Assembly: GCF_006345805.1 (NCBI RefSeq)
Contig: NC_043002.1
Location: forward strand, 55,242,001-55,306,000
DNA: 64,000 bases
Reading direction: 5' to 3'
Source: Octopus sinensis
Taxonomy: Eukaryota
This document shows positions 1 through 12,740 of the stretch, piece by piece. The translations under genes and the position numbers were made by a program. The notes below the pieces were generated by a model that saw only the letters and a list, made by a program, of their open reading frames with translations, was not told the origin of the DNA and made no database searches. The number at the start of each line of letters is the position of its first letter. Within the stretch, counting starts at the first letter, position 1.

Positions 1-203
1 CCTCAAATTTGTGGGGAAGGGGTCTAGTCGATTACATCGACCCCAGTGTTTTACTGGTACTTAATTTATTGACCCCCCCACCGCCCGAAAGGACAAAAAT
101 CAAAGTCGACCTCGGCGGAATTTGAACTCAGAATGTAGCGACAGGCGAAATTCCGCTAAGCATTTCGTCCTGTGTGTTAACGATTCTGCCAGCTCGCGCC
201 GCC

Positions 204-205
<2 letters not shown>
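1..205 (-). mobile_element. tRNA-derived SINE, family A (probably one of the published octopus OK/OR SINEs; not verified)
   Basis: Minus strand reads aaggcggcgcgagctggcagaatcg (A box) ... gagttcaaattcc (B box) ... gtcgactttg...ggggtc..taagtaccag central domain; recurs more than 15 times in the window. Confidence 0.85.
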
Positions 206-932
<727 letters not shown>

Positions 933-1626
933 AATAATAATAATGATGATGATGATGATGATGATGATGATAATTCTTTCTGCTGTCGCCACAAAGTTGG
1001 AGGAGAAATTTCGGTGGCATCGGACCCCATTGTCCGACTGATACGTATTTTATCGACCCCGAAAAAAATATTACGGTTTCTGATTTTTGCATATGCCCAC
1101 TAATTTTAAGGGTAGGGATTAGTCAATACCACTGGTCTCAATAATTCACAGGTACTTTATTTTATCGACCCCTAATGGAGAAAAAGAAAAGATAACTCCG
1201 ACAGGATTTTAACTCAGAATAAAAAGATAACGGATGCCTTAAAGCGTTTTTTTTTTTCCCCCGACACTCTTCCGATTTCGCCAATTGGTATAAATCGGGT
1301 GAGGTCGAAGCCAACTGATGAAAGTTATTTGATAAAATCAACAAGTAGAATTAAACAATGGTTTAATTGTAGTGTAAGCAGCTGGAAATATTTCGTGCTG
1401 TGAAGTGATGCGGAAAGATAGATGATATAGACAAGAATAACTTGAATATAGTTAGATAAAATCACTGAACTGAAACGGGATATGAGAAAAGACACGTAAA
1501 GTTAAGCTCAAAGGCCGGTTTTCAGATAGGGGATTCGATATTAGTCAACCGTGAGAGAATTTACTGAAATGGCAGAGAGTGAATGTATGATAGTGAGTGG
1601 AGAGAGAGAGAGAGAGAAGTAGAGAA

Positions 1627-1682
<56 letters not shown>

Positions 1683-1796
1683 GTAGAGAGAAGAAAAGAT
1701 ACAGAAAATACAAGAATGGAAATGACACAGTGAACGTCATTTTTAGTCTTCTCATTTTTTGCTACAGCTTGACCTTGGACGACATTTAAAAACGTT

Positions 1797-1986
1797 CTTT
1801 TTACTTGTTGGAGCACCGTCTTAAAGGGTGTTAGTCGAAGACATCGACCCCCAGGACTTAAACACACAAGCATCAATTATCAAGTGACGGTGAGGGAGGG
1901 GAACAAACACAAACACAAACATATATATATATATATATGATGGACGTCTTTCAGTTTCCGTCCACCGAATCCACTCACAAGGCTTT
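1797..1986 (-). mobile_element. SINE family C, 5'-truncated, fused to LINE ORF1 remnant
   Basis: ggagcaccg tail and ctttcagtttccgtc..ccactcacaaggcttt segment match other C copies. Confidence 0.7.
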
Positions 1987-2837
1987 TCTCGTCTTTGATA
2001 CGGGAGGGGGTGGTTCCTCCGCTTTAACCGGAGGATCATCCCTCCCTCCCGCAGCTTTGGGGCCCTTCGGTGAGAAACCGTTGTTTCCCACCTTCTTCCT
2101 TTTTTACCCCTTCTTTTTCGAGGAGGTCTCTACCTCCTTGACTACCTCCATCTCTCCCTCCGGAGGAAGAGGAGGAGCTCTTCCACAGCCAACTGTTCCA
2201 GGACCCTACTCTGATCCTGGGGAGAGTTCATTTTAATGTGACCTGGTTCCAGGCACAGGTGACACTTGGGTGGGTGGGGGGCGTCCCTCAAGTATCAACG
2301 GGTACCTGCAACTGGCCATTTAAAAAAAATCTGGAAAAACCAGGTTCTTGACTGATTGGGTCCAAAGGTTAAAACAGCTTTTGACCCAACCCAATCAGCC
2401 GCCGGCAAAATTTTAACATTAAGCATCTTGGATCCGCTGCCACCCAGACCCCGGCGGATAGTATCCTCTATCCACTCGGGTTCTATCCCGGGTGGCAGCC
2501 CGCAGACCCAAGCTCTTGTCAATTTCGTCCCACCATACGTGGGAAGAAACAAAATCTCTTTGCCCTCAAAGGGCTGGCTCGCAAATTTGCGAGTCTCCTC
2601 AAGGGTGTCAAATAGCAACCCCGCCGTAGCATATTTGACCCCTCTGGAGATGAATTTAATAGTTGGCAAATACTCTGTCAACTCTTTTTCGATTTGTGTC
2701 TTTTTAAAGAGGGCGATGGTGTCGAGCGACTTCGAGTAAGTCCTTAACACCACCGTCCTCCCCTCAAATTCATTCATTCACTGTTTGGGTGGGACAATCT
2801 CCCACTCCAACGTAGTATTGTTTATCTTTCTTGCCAT
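1980..2837 (-). pseudogene. Degenerate LINE ORF1 (gag-like; RRM-like region plus CCHC zinc knuckle), L1/Tx1 type
   Basis: ORF 2295-2777 has RAWVCGLPPGIEPEWIEDTI (RRM-like); downstream translation gives KCHLCLEPGHIKMNSP at about 2220-2267 (CX2CX4HX4C with last Cys as Ser), then a Pro/Lys/Glu-rich tail; likely start MARKINNTTLEWEIVPPKQ at 2837 with a 4-nt slippage frameshift. Confidence 0.75.
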
Positions 2838-3591
2838 GTTTTTGGGAAAAAAAGTTCACAGAAAACATATGTTCATAGAGTTAAAAACAACAACAAAAAA
2901 CAAAAATGCAGAAAGGAAGGAAGAAGACAAGAAACAGTTCAAAAACACAGCAAACTATTCTTCTGGCTGTCCTGGTACTCCTGGCCAATTCGGTCATCCA
3001 CTTGGTAATCCAGGGGGCAAAACAGTCACACAGCAATTTCACCAAAAATTGGTAAAAACATAAGCACAATTATAGGAGGAGGGATACGCCTCCAAAACAC
3101 ACTTCTCGCCGCTAAGTGAGACTTTAAACACAACTACCGGTAGACAATTTGCCCGGAACTCAGTGGAGATCTCTTGTTCGACAAAATAAATAAACACGAG
3201 CAATAAACCCCCACTGAATCCCCCCAAAACAAATGTCTTACCTTGTAGTTGTGCTTCACTTGTTCAATAATTCACGACGTTGGTGTACAGCATCGTGACT
3301 CCTAGCGGTGCAAAGAAAAACACTGGAAACGATGCATGCGCAGAAGAAAGCTTCTTACCACACAACCACTCCTATGTAAAAAAAAAAAAGACCCTAATAC
3401 ACATTCTCTCGCACTGAAACGTAAGTTGGGAGATCGATAATTAACAAGTGATGGTGGGCACGGAGGAATCGAAACGTTATTAGAGACAAACAACCGCTTA
3501 AACAATCAAATCCACGAATTAGCAATCAATTCGAAAGATAAAATAAAGGAGATTCTAATTGTTGTCTTGTTTCTAAATATCAGTAATTATG

Positions 3592-3804
3592 AAGGTGGCA
3601 AGATGGCACAATCGTTAGCTCACCGGGTAAAATGCTGAGCGGCACTTCGTCTGTCGTTACGTTGAGTTCAAATTTTGCCAAGGTCGACTTTACCTTTCTT
3701 TGTTTCCAGGTCGATAAGATAAGTACCAGTGGAGTACTGGGATCGATGTCATCGATTTACAGCTGCCACCCAAAATTGCTGGCCTTGTGTCAAAATTTGA
3801 AACC
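3592..3804 (+). mobile_element. SINE family A, diverged full-length copy
   Basis: tggcacaatcgttagc head, gagttcaaattt B box, ggtcgataagataagtaccag domain, ggccttgtgtcaaaatttgaaacc tail. Confidence 0.8.
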
Positions 3805-4151
3805 AAGATATCAATACTTAATTGACAATTGTAATGTTCAAATTTTTAAATAATGCAGAAAAAATATAAAGCTAGAACATCAATACTCTTCGGGAAAACT
3901 TTAAACGGCCTTTGTGGAAAATTTGTAAAATGCTGAATATTTTCTTCCTCCAGCGATGTTCCCGTGTATTGTGTCACAACTGGTTAGAGCGAGATTTATT
4001 CATACACCAGAGATATCTTTCACTGTCAAAAAAAAAGCAAAAAAGAAAAAAAGAAAAAAAAGCCAGAGAAGGTTCATACACAAAGGGAGTGTTTTAACAC
4101 TCTTTATGCCGTACCTAACCTTTATAAATCTTCCTTGACGCTCATAATATC

Positions 4152-4677
4152 GGTTTCAAATTTTAGCACAAGGCCAGCAATTACCGGTAAGGGGATAAGT
4201 CAATTACATCAACGCCAGCGTTCAACTGGTATCTATTTTATCGACCCCGAACTCAGAACGTAACGGCAGATGAAATACCTATTTCTTTACTACCCACAAA
4301 GGGCTAAACACAGAGGGGACAAACAAGGACAGACACACGGATTAAGTCGATTATATCTACCCCAGTGTGTAACTGGTACTTATTTAATCGACTCCGAAAG
4401 GATGAAAGGCAAAGTCGACCTCGGCGGAATTTGAACTCAGAACGTAGCGGCAGACGAAATACCTATTTCTTTACTACCCACAAGGGGCTAAACACAGAGG
4501 GGACAAACAAGGGCAGACAAACGGATTAAGTCGATTATATCGACCCCAGTGCGTAGCTGGTACTTATTTAATCGACCCCGAAAGTATGAAAGGCAAAGTC
4601 GACCTCGGCGGAATTTCGGCAGATGAAATACTACTAAGCATTTCGCCAGGCCTAACAACGATTCTGTCGGCTCACCG
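4152..4677 (-). mobile_element. Head-to-tail array of three family A SINEs (184-bp period)
   Basis: Junction gaaatac|ctatttctttactaccc at 4272-4288 and again at 4456-4472. Confidence 0.85.
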
Positions 4678-5051
4678 TTTTAATGTCAGCTAAAATAATG
4701 TCAGCATCGCTTATGTCCCTTATTTCACACAGAAAAATGGAACACCGAGCAGTAACACCGCACTCAGCTGGCAGGAACGTTTTTCCGTTATTTTTGTTAT
4801 TTTGATTGCTTCAAGTGCAAGACTTTGGTTGGCATCTTGCCGATTAGTGAGAACATTTTTCAAGTTTCATTTGTAACCTAAAACACGTCAATAAAGAATA
4901 CCTGGGAAATACGTGCAAGTAATTTTAACCTAGTTTTCATGTTATCTATTTTCTGGAAAACACCCAGGTGTTCTATTTATCTTAGTTTCGACCAATGTCA
5001 GTGACATACACGCATACATACATACATACATACATACATACATACATACAT

Positions 5052-5109
<58 letters not shown>

Positions 5110-5599
5110 ACGCACAGACACATATATGTAACGGTAGAAATTGATTTATAAACAATATGAAATGTCGGAGTCAACAGTTGTGACGATAAAATTTATGTTA
5201 TTATAATTGCATACTGTAGGATGTGAAAGATGAACAATGCACAAAGTTTTAAGAAAATATTTATTTACCGTTACGTTACTATACCTTGCCTCGACGGGCA
5301 GGTTATGATAAATCCAAAAGCTTTGAAGTCAAGTTTGTGTTTGTATCCTCTTCATTGTTTAGTAGTAAATACTGAGAGGGATTGGGTATTGTTGTAAGAG
5401 AACAGAATTAAAGCTAGTGAAATGTGTAGGGTGTGGGACGTTGTCCCACAGTTGCTTACAGCAAACTTCTTTTCTCCCTCTGACTAAGGCTGGTCAGCCA
5501 GACCTCGTTGAGTCGTCACCGACTGTGACTAACTGATTTTTGCTTGGGGTATGTTTGCTTATATAACTATCCAGAAGGATAGATATATCATTGAGAACA

Positions 5600-6030
5600 A
5601 TAGATTTAGTTGGTGGACTTGTTATCTCTGTTCTAGCTTTTGGTGAAGTAGAAGAGGTTAGAAAGGGTCAAGTGGTGAAGACATTATTTCGGCCTAGCTA
5701 AAGGCATCTGGAAAATGTAAAACTGCTGTCACAGAAAAACCATTGTTCCACCGTGGGAAAAGTTCTGTTGCAGTGTTGATTTAAATTTGGCTATGGTGGA
5801 TCGAATCCACTTCATGCTTGCAAAATCCACTACATATATATGTATGTATGTATATATATCAGCAACCAGTTTGTCACTGGAATGTATTGGAAAGATAAAC
5901 GAGATGACGAAGCGTTTTAAGCCAGAAGTTAAGGAGTATAACCATGCGTTAAATGATAGGTATGCTATAAAATTCGCGAGTCGAAGTGGCAGGAAATTGC
6001 ATTTCAATTACTTTGTAAAAAGTATTACTT
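5600..6030 (+). pseudogene. Probable, highly degenerate Penelope-like (PLE) reverse transcriptase remnant
   Basis: Motif-like peptides in the right order across frames: DLLSLF (5616-5633), KLLSQKNHCSTVGK, LAM (5787), YWKDKRDD (5885-5908), ALNDRYAIKFASRSGRKLHF; compare PLE DVxSLF / NxFxFxGK / GxxMGS / YVDD / LNxxxxIKFTxExxxxGKLPFLD. Confidence 0.45.
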
Positions 6031-6430
6031 AGTACTATTAGGTTACAAGTTGAGATGAGGTCGTGACTTTAGCATTAAAAGCAATAGTATATATACTTGA
6101 GGTGGGAAAATTGAGTTGTTTTTGACACCTGGCTGTACCATTCAATCCGGCTGAGTCAGCAGCGTTGAAAATATTGACGCTGTCTGAAAATCAATAAACA
6201 AATAGTAGAAGCGAAATATTAGCGGAACATGTCCATTCTATCAACACCTGCTTTTTACTACAAGTACCAACATCGAATATGCACACAATCGGGTTAACTT
6301 GTGACTACAAACCTAGAAATTAAAAGTAGTGTCTATAAAGCAAAGAAATATCTCCCAGGAATGGACATTACAACCTTAAAAACTATAGAAAATAGAATTA
6401 GCAAACCGAAAATATTGAGTAAGCTGTATG

Positions 6431-6562
6431 CTTTTCTACTCTAGGCACAAGACCCGAAATTTTGGGGGAAGGGGCCAATCGATTAGATCGATCCCACTAC
6501 GCAACTGGCACTTAATTTATCGACCCCGAAAGGATAAAAGGCGAAGTCGACCTCGGTGGAAT
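6431..6562 (-). mobile_element. SINE family A, 3' half
   Basis: atcgaccccgaaaggataaaaggcgaagtcgacctcgg segment. Confidence 0.8.
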
Positions 6563-7874
6563 ATTGAGTTAGCTTTATTAAAACACCGACGCATAATATG
6601 GAAAATGATAACAAGCCAAGGAATAAGAAAGGTAGAGTTTCAAACATATAGATCAGTTAACGAACATAGACCAAAAGATGAGTTGCTTGAAATTATATAA
6701 CGCAGTCTAAACACGAAAATACAGCGAAAACGAACCGAATGTAGACTTGCAGAACAATATATATACCTTTTAACAGACGTCCCCAAATCATATATTAAGG
6801 GAATAGACTAGCGGAAATCAATATCTGTTACAGATATATCTAATTATAAATTTGTATATGAAACTATTTAGGTAAATGTGTAGGTATATAGCAGAAGCTG
6901 GCGGCAGCATTTAACTGTTTTTTCGACGGTCTCCCATATGAATGAAACAAATATACATCTGTATGAGTCAGCAATTTAAATATTTTATGTGTGTGTATGT
7001 ACGTGTATGTATTTATACATGCATTCACACAAATATATACGTAGATACACACAAGCATAGACACACACACGCACACACACACACACATACACGCACACAC
7101 ACACACACACCAAAAACACATAAATACACACACACACACATACACACACACATATACGTTTATGTGTGCGCGCGCGCGGTAAATTAATGGAGTGGGTAGA
7201 TTGCTTTGCAGTAAACGTTCCGGTTCCCTGAGTTCAAATCCAGCCGCGGTCTTTCAACATTTTGCGATGTATGTATGTATATATGTATTTGTGCATGTAT
7301 ATATGTGTTTGGTTGTATGTCGTGTGTATTTAGGGTCGTTGCACGTACACATTGCTTGCATGGGTGAAGTCATTTGATTTGAAGGACGGAGAGAACTGTC
7401 AAGGTTAAAGAAAAAGAAAAAGAAAATACGAAAGAAAACAGAAGAGAAATTTAAGAGGAAAAGAAGAGGGAGTGAGAGAGAGAGTGAAAGAAAGTGAAAA
7501 TATTGAAGAAGAAAGAGAAGACAGAATAAAGAAGACAAGGAGAGAGTGAGAGGGAAAGTAAAGCACAGAAAAAAGACATCGAGAGAAGAGTAAGAGAGAG
7601 AGGGAGAGAGAGAAAGAGAGAGAGAAAGGAAGACAGAAGTAAGAGAGAAAATAAAGGGAGGAGAGAGAGAGAGAAGATGGATGGCTAAATAGGTAGAAAG
7701 ATAGACAGGTAGGTAGCTAGGCTGGTAGATAGGCAGATTATGTAGATAGGTAGGTTGGTGTGTGTATGTATGTATGTATGCATATATATATATATATTAT
7801 ATATATATATATATATTCTGTCAATTTATATGTGGGTGTGTGTGTGGTGTGTGCGTGCGCGTGTATGTTTATTA

Positions 7875-7906
<32 letters not shown>

Positions 7907-7919
7907 ATATGTATATATC

Positions 7920-7951
<32 letters not shown>

Positions 7952-8055
7952 TATATTATATATAATATTAATTAGAGACAAAACCACTATTTTGCAAAAC
8001 AAACAAGGAAAGACTTAATCAATACATAAAATTTTAATAAAAAGTAAAAAAACCG

Positions 8056-8098
8056 CCACTACAATTGTTTCATGTCTTGATCGACAATCTTCAGGTGG
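8056..8098 (-). ncRNA. Minimal type I hammerhead ribozyme motif (PLE/retrozyme type)
   Basis: Minus strand: ccac CUGAAGA u uguc-gaucaa-gaca u GAAAC aauu GUA gugg; stem I ccac/gugg, stem II uguc/gaca, palindromic loop III. Confidence 0.7.
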
Positions 8099-8122
8099 AT
8101 TTCCGATTTTCAAGTCAGTTTC

Positions 8123-8161
<39 letters not shown>

Positions 8162-8164
8162 ATG

Positions 8165-8510
8165 TGGGGGCGCAATGGCCCAGACCGGGCGTTGTGAGTG
8201 TTTATTGAGCGAAAACACCTAAAGCTCCACGAGGCTCCGGCAGAGATGGTGGTGATCCCTGCTGTACTCTTTCACCACACCTTTCTCTCACTCTTACCCT
8301 TTGAAATACAGGTACAACAGAAACAGGAAGTAAGAGTGAGAGAAAGTTGTGGCGAAAGAGTACAGCAGGGATCACCACCATATCTGCCGGAGCCTCGTGG
8401 AGCTTTAGGTTTTTCGCTCAATAAACACTCACAACGCCCGGTCTGGGAATCGAAACCGCGATCCTACGACCGCGAGTTCCGCGCCTAACCACTGGGCCAT
8501 TGCGCCCCCA
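8165..8510. mobile_element. Inverted (tail-to-tail) pair of family B SINE 5' halves
   Basis: Arms 8183-8297 and 8330-8443 differ at about 4 positions; tRNA-like head gcaatggcccagtggttag...ggtttcgattccc. Confidence 0.85.
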
Positions 8511-8531
8511 CATATAGATATATATATATTG

Positions 8532-8562
<31 letters not shown>

Positions 8563-8608
8563 TCTATATATATATATATATGATATATATATATTAATAC
8601 ACAAACAC

Positions 8609-8651
<43 letters not shown>

Positions 8652-9139
8652 AATTGACAGATATATATATATTATATAGATATATATAGAATATATATAT
8701 ATATATATATATAATTACTATATATATATAAATGAAATGCCTTTTTACCGCTTGGTTCGCTTTCAATGCCACTACATCCCGTCCGATTCGCTCCAAAATT
8801 TACAGGGACATGTAGAATGAGGTGACGATGCGCGTGGGCTACCTTACAAATCCCTATCTTAAAAGGTGTGGTTGCTAGGGCCATTTTCTACCTCACCCTA
8901 TTTCCCCAGTACTCTGTCACTCCTCTTCATTTGACAATGCAACTACCGTTATTTAATGTAAAGTCTTCCTCAAATCACTCTGTAGCTCTTTACTCTTTCC
9001 AAGAACATTTTCACTCACTCTTATTTCTTACCTTCCTATAATTTTACTCATGTATCTATCAGCGTTCATGGACAGTAACAAATATTACATCGCCATCCCC
9101 ATCCCCATCGCATTCTATTGTCTACCTGTCAACACACAC

Positions 9140-9170
<31 letters not shown>

Positions 9171-9548
9171 CATTATATATATACATATATCTAATATATT
9201 TTTATTTTTATGTTTTTGTTTTTGGTTTTTTACTGTTTCATTTCCCTATTAGTGGTTTATCTCTAATTTAATTTCTACAGCGTGCACACACACACACCAC
9301 ACACAACACACACACACACACACACACCCGAATGAAATCGGGTTCTCTTCATCAAAATGTGAAAAGGGGTCTACAATTATCATCGCCACAACTTATGTGT
9401 CTTCCTCACTCACTCACTCTTTTTCCTAATGATAATTATCATCGCCCACCAACACCACCACACACATCTGGACAATCTTTCTCTTATAACAATCATGGTT
9501 ACATTGCAACGACGTCTGCCACCTCCGCCGTCTCTATTTATTCTGCAA

Positions 9549-9703
9549 ATGACCAGAACTCGGGAAACTTGGTTTAGTGTTCTATGGTCTATGACCAGAA
9601 CTCGGGAACTTGCTTGACTGTTCTATGGTCTATGACCAGAAATCGGGAAACTTGGTTGAGTGTTCTATGGTCTATTACCAGAACTTGGGAAACTTGGTTG
9701 AGT
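9549..9703. repeat. 42-bp minisatellite, about 3.7 copies
   Basis: Unit atgaccagaactcgggaaacttggtttagtgttctatggtct starts at 9549, 9591, 9632, 9674. Confidence 0.9.
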
Positions 9704-9817
9704 CCTCATCTTATAAAATGTGGCCCCAGTAGACCCAAATGAAATCGGGTTATATTAACCAAAAGGTGAAAAGGGGTATAAATGGGGCTGGAAGGGGATT
9801 AAAATTTCAAGGAGCGG

Positions 9818-10070
9818 GTGTTTAGGAATTCTCTGTTACATCAAGCTAAAAAATTTGCGCCAGCCTTTTAATCGTCAATGTGTTGCCGTCCATGATGATG
9901 TTTTGAATGCTTGCCATGGTGAGTCTACTGTTGTGAAAAAGAATCACTTCAAAACTTGGTGTTTAGGGATTTTCTTTTACATCAAGTTCAAAAATTTTAC
10001 GCCAGCCGTTAAACTGTCAAAACGTTGCTGTCCGTCGTTAAGAATGCCAGCCATGCTGACTCTACTACCC
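9818..10070. repeat. Old ~140-bp tandem duplication
   Basis: ggtgtttagg.att....ttacatcaag....aaaattt.cgccagcc at about 9818 and 9958. Confidence 0.65.
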
Positions 10071-10387
10071 TCAGATTCTATCCCTTCAAACTTTGGTTTC
10101 CAATTTTATTATTTTTATTCAGCTCGCAAGTTCGTCTGTCCCTTTTAATGTTAGTGTTTTGCTGTCTGCCTTGAAGCAGACCTTTCCGTTGTTACTGCCT
10201 TATATTTATGATTGATCTTTCTAAATATTTTATTTCTCAACTTACTCAAGATATTTTGTTGTTTATAAATGGGAGAGAGATAGATAAAGATAGAGAGTAA
10301 GAGAAAGCGAGGGAGAGTCCGAGAGAAAAGAAGAGTAAGAGAGTGGGAAAGTGAGAGAGAAAGGAGAAAGAAACAAAGAGGGAGAAT

Positions 10388-10706
10388 CATCATCATCATC
10401 ATCATCATCATCGTTTAACGTCCGTTTTCCGTGCTAGCACGGGTTGGACAGTTTGACAGGGGTCTGGGAAGCCAGGAGGCTGCACCAGGCTCCAGTCTGA
10501 TCTGGCAGTGTTTCGACAGGTGGATGCCCTTCCTAACGCCAACCACTCTGTGAGCGTAGTGGGTGCTTTTTTCGTGCCGCCTGCACAGGTGCCAGGGGGG
10601 CTGGCAGCGGCCACGATCGGTTGGTGCTTTTTACGTGCCACCAGCACAGAAGCCAGTCAAGGCGGCGCTGCAATCCGCCACGTTCGGATGGTGCTTTTTA
10701 CGTGCT
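10388..10706 (-). mobile_element. Non-autonomous retroposon with (GAT)n tail, RTE-associated type
   Basis: ggatgcccttcctaacgccaacc motif, abutting (ATC)n, triple internal ggtgctttttacgtgcc repeat; class and strand inferred from the tail. Confidence 0.55.
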
Positions 10707-10786
10707 GAAAGGAAGCAACAGAAAGTAACAACCACACTCTTACCCGCGCGTAGAGCGGGTCACCTTCAGCTAGTATATATATATAT

Positions 10787-11213
10787 CGGAGTGATGGCGC
10801 AAAGCAGTGTTTACGTATAGTCACAATTTAGGTTAGTTGTAATATGTTTGTCACATATTTCAACTGCTAAAGGCAAATACACTGCAGTTACAGTGGAGAA
10901 AAATCTCTCATATGGTTAAAAGGTGTGAAAACACCCCGTTCGTTCAGCGTCGCCCTCTCCTGGAAATCTAAGAAACGAAACGCTGATCGAACTCAATAAA
11001 GCTTAAAGCTTTATTTAAAATCCTGCCAACACATTGACTGATTTGCGCTAGTAGATCGCCCGATCGAGAAAAATATCGGAATGATGGCGCAAAGCAGTGT
11101 TTACATATAATTACAAATATATATAAAGCTATAAGCTTTAGTTAGTTTGTTCAGAGAGCTTCTCATAGATACATCTCATTGACAAGAGTCAATAAATTCG
11201 AGGGAAACTCGGT
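10787..11213. mobile_element. Rearranged cluster of a short hammerhead-bearing repeat (same family as 24837-25052)
   Basis: 10787-10970 is the reverse complement of about 24867-25052; second end-piece at 11075-11105; hammerhead 5' part on + strand at 11173-11213. Confidence 0.7.
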
Positions 11214-11732
11214 TAACGGAAACTGCATGGGAGCCTATCTTATAGATCGTAACAGTAATCCTAAATATCGAAGATTGTAGAAGAGTACAACATTAGAACA
11301 GCAATTGTGTCCGAAATCGAGAAGACAAGAGCTGTGACTGAGAAATTTATCAATTAAGATCCGATTACAAAGAAAATCTATGAAAATACGAGAAAGTACG
11401 GACGTTGCGGATGGTAAGGGGGATCATGTCCCGACAACCTGTGTTGCCATTTACAATGGTTTACTGGTTTCTATGGCATTGCTTTGAGTAGAGGACGATG
11501 TCACTGTTGTTAAGGTGCTGCCTTGTCGCCAAATGTGAAATCGTTGGCCAGGAAACCACAAACACCCCAAAACAGCAGTGAATGGATGTTTTGTTTGTGA
11601 AAATACAGCGTAGATTGAAAAAAAGGATTTATAGATTTGTGTGGGACAAACAGGCTCTTTGTAGAAACAAGGGACAGACAGACGTTGTAAGACGAATTTT
11701 ATATTTTATGGAAAACATACAAATAATATTCC

Positions 11733-11944
11733 TTTCAAGTTTTAGCATAAGGCCAGCAATTTCGGAGGAGGGGAGGGCAAGTTGATTACATTGACGTCAG
11801 TGCATAACTGGTACTTATGTTATCGACACCGAAACGGTGCAAGGCAAAGTCGACCTTGGCAGAGTTGGAACCCAGAACGGAAAGACGGGCGAAATGCCGC
11901 TCAGTGTTTTGTCCGGTATGCTAACGATTCTGTTAGCTCGCCAC
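11733..11944 (-). mobile_element. SINE family A
   Basis: Head, central domain and tail recognisable. Confidence 0.8.
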
Positions 11945-12166
11945 TTTTTATTAACGACGTATTTTACAGGAACAGTAGAAAGGAACAAATTATCGGGAAA
12001 AAACATCCATAAATACCTCAACTAGGAAACAAACAAAAAAATAATAAAGCGGGGCCAAGGAAGGGAGTTATGTAGCAAAAGATAAGGGAGAGAGAGCAAC
12101 GGGTTGTTCACCTCAAAACAAATGGTGTATTTACCTGCAGCTCGTGGACATGATTTTAAAAGCGTT

Positions 12167-12600
12167 AAGGCGGCGATCTGGCAGAATCGTTAGCACGCCG
12201 GGCGAAATGCTTAGCAGTATTTCGTCGGCCGCTACGTCCTGAGTTCAAATTCCGCCGAGGTCGACTTTGCCTTCATCCTTTCGGGGTCCTTTAAATAAGT
12301 ACCAATTACGCACTGGGGCCGATGTAATCGACTGAATCCCTTTGTCTGTCTTTGTTTGACCCATCTATGTTTAGCCCCTTGTGGGCAGTAAAGAAATAAG
12401 AAACGTTAGCATGCTGGGCGAAATGCTTTGTGGTATTTCGCCTGTCTTTACGTTCCCAGTTCAAATTCCGCCGAGGTCGACTTTGCCTTTCATCCTTCGG
12501 GGTCGATAAATTAAGTACCAGTTGCGTACTGGGATCGATCTAATCAATTGAACCCCTCCACCAAAATTTCGGGCCTTGTGCCTATGGTAGAAAAGAAAAG
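12167..12600 (+). mobile_element. Two family A SINEs in tandem
   Basis: aaggcggcgatctggcagaatcgttagc head at 12167; second head gaaacgttagc directly after tail aagaaataa at about 12400. Confidence 0.85.
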
Positions 12601-12740
12601 GACTATAAAAGCGTTGCCATGGAGAATGGCTAGTGACACTCGCTGCAACAGTCACCCTACCTTGCAAGGGTTCATTTCTCAGACGGTCCGCAGTCATTCA
12701 ACGACCTCCGAGCAATTTTGTAATCGAACTCCTTTTCTTT

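Noticed and set aside
4985-5005. CTGACA-ttggtc-GAAAC on the minus strand
   Set aside because: Core incomplete and no stem II
9549-9703. CRISPR-like array
   Set aside because: Contiguous tandem units without unique spacers, in eukaryotic context
11250-11480. Possible GIY-YIG remnant
   Set aside because: Similarity too weak to separate from chance
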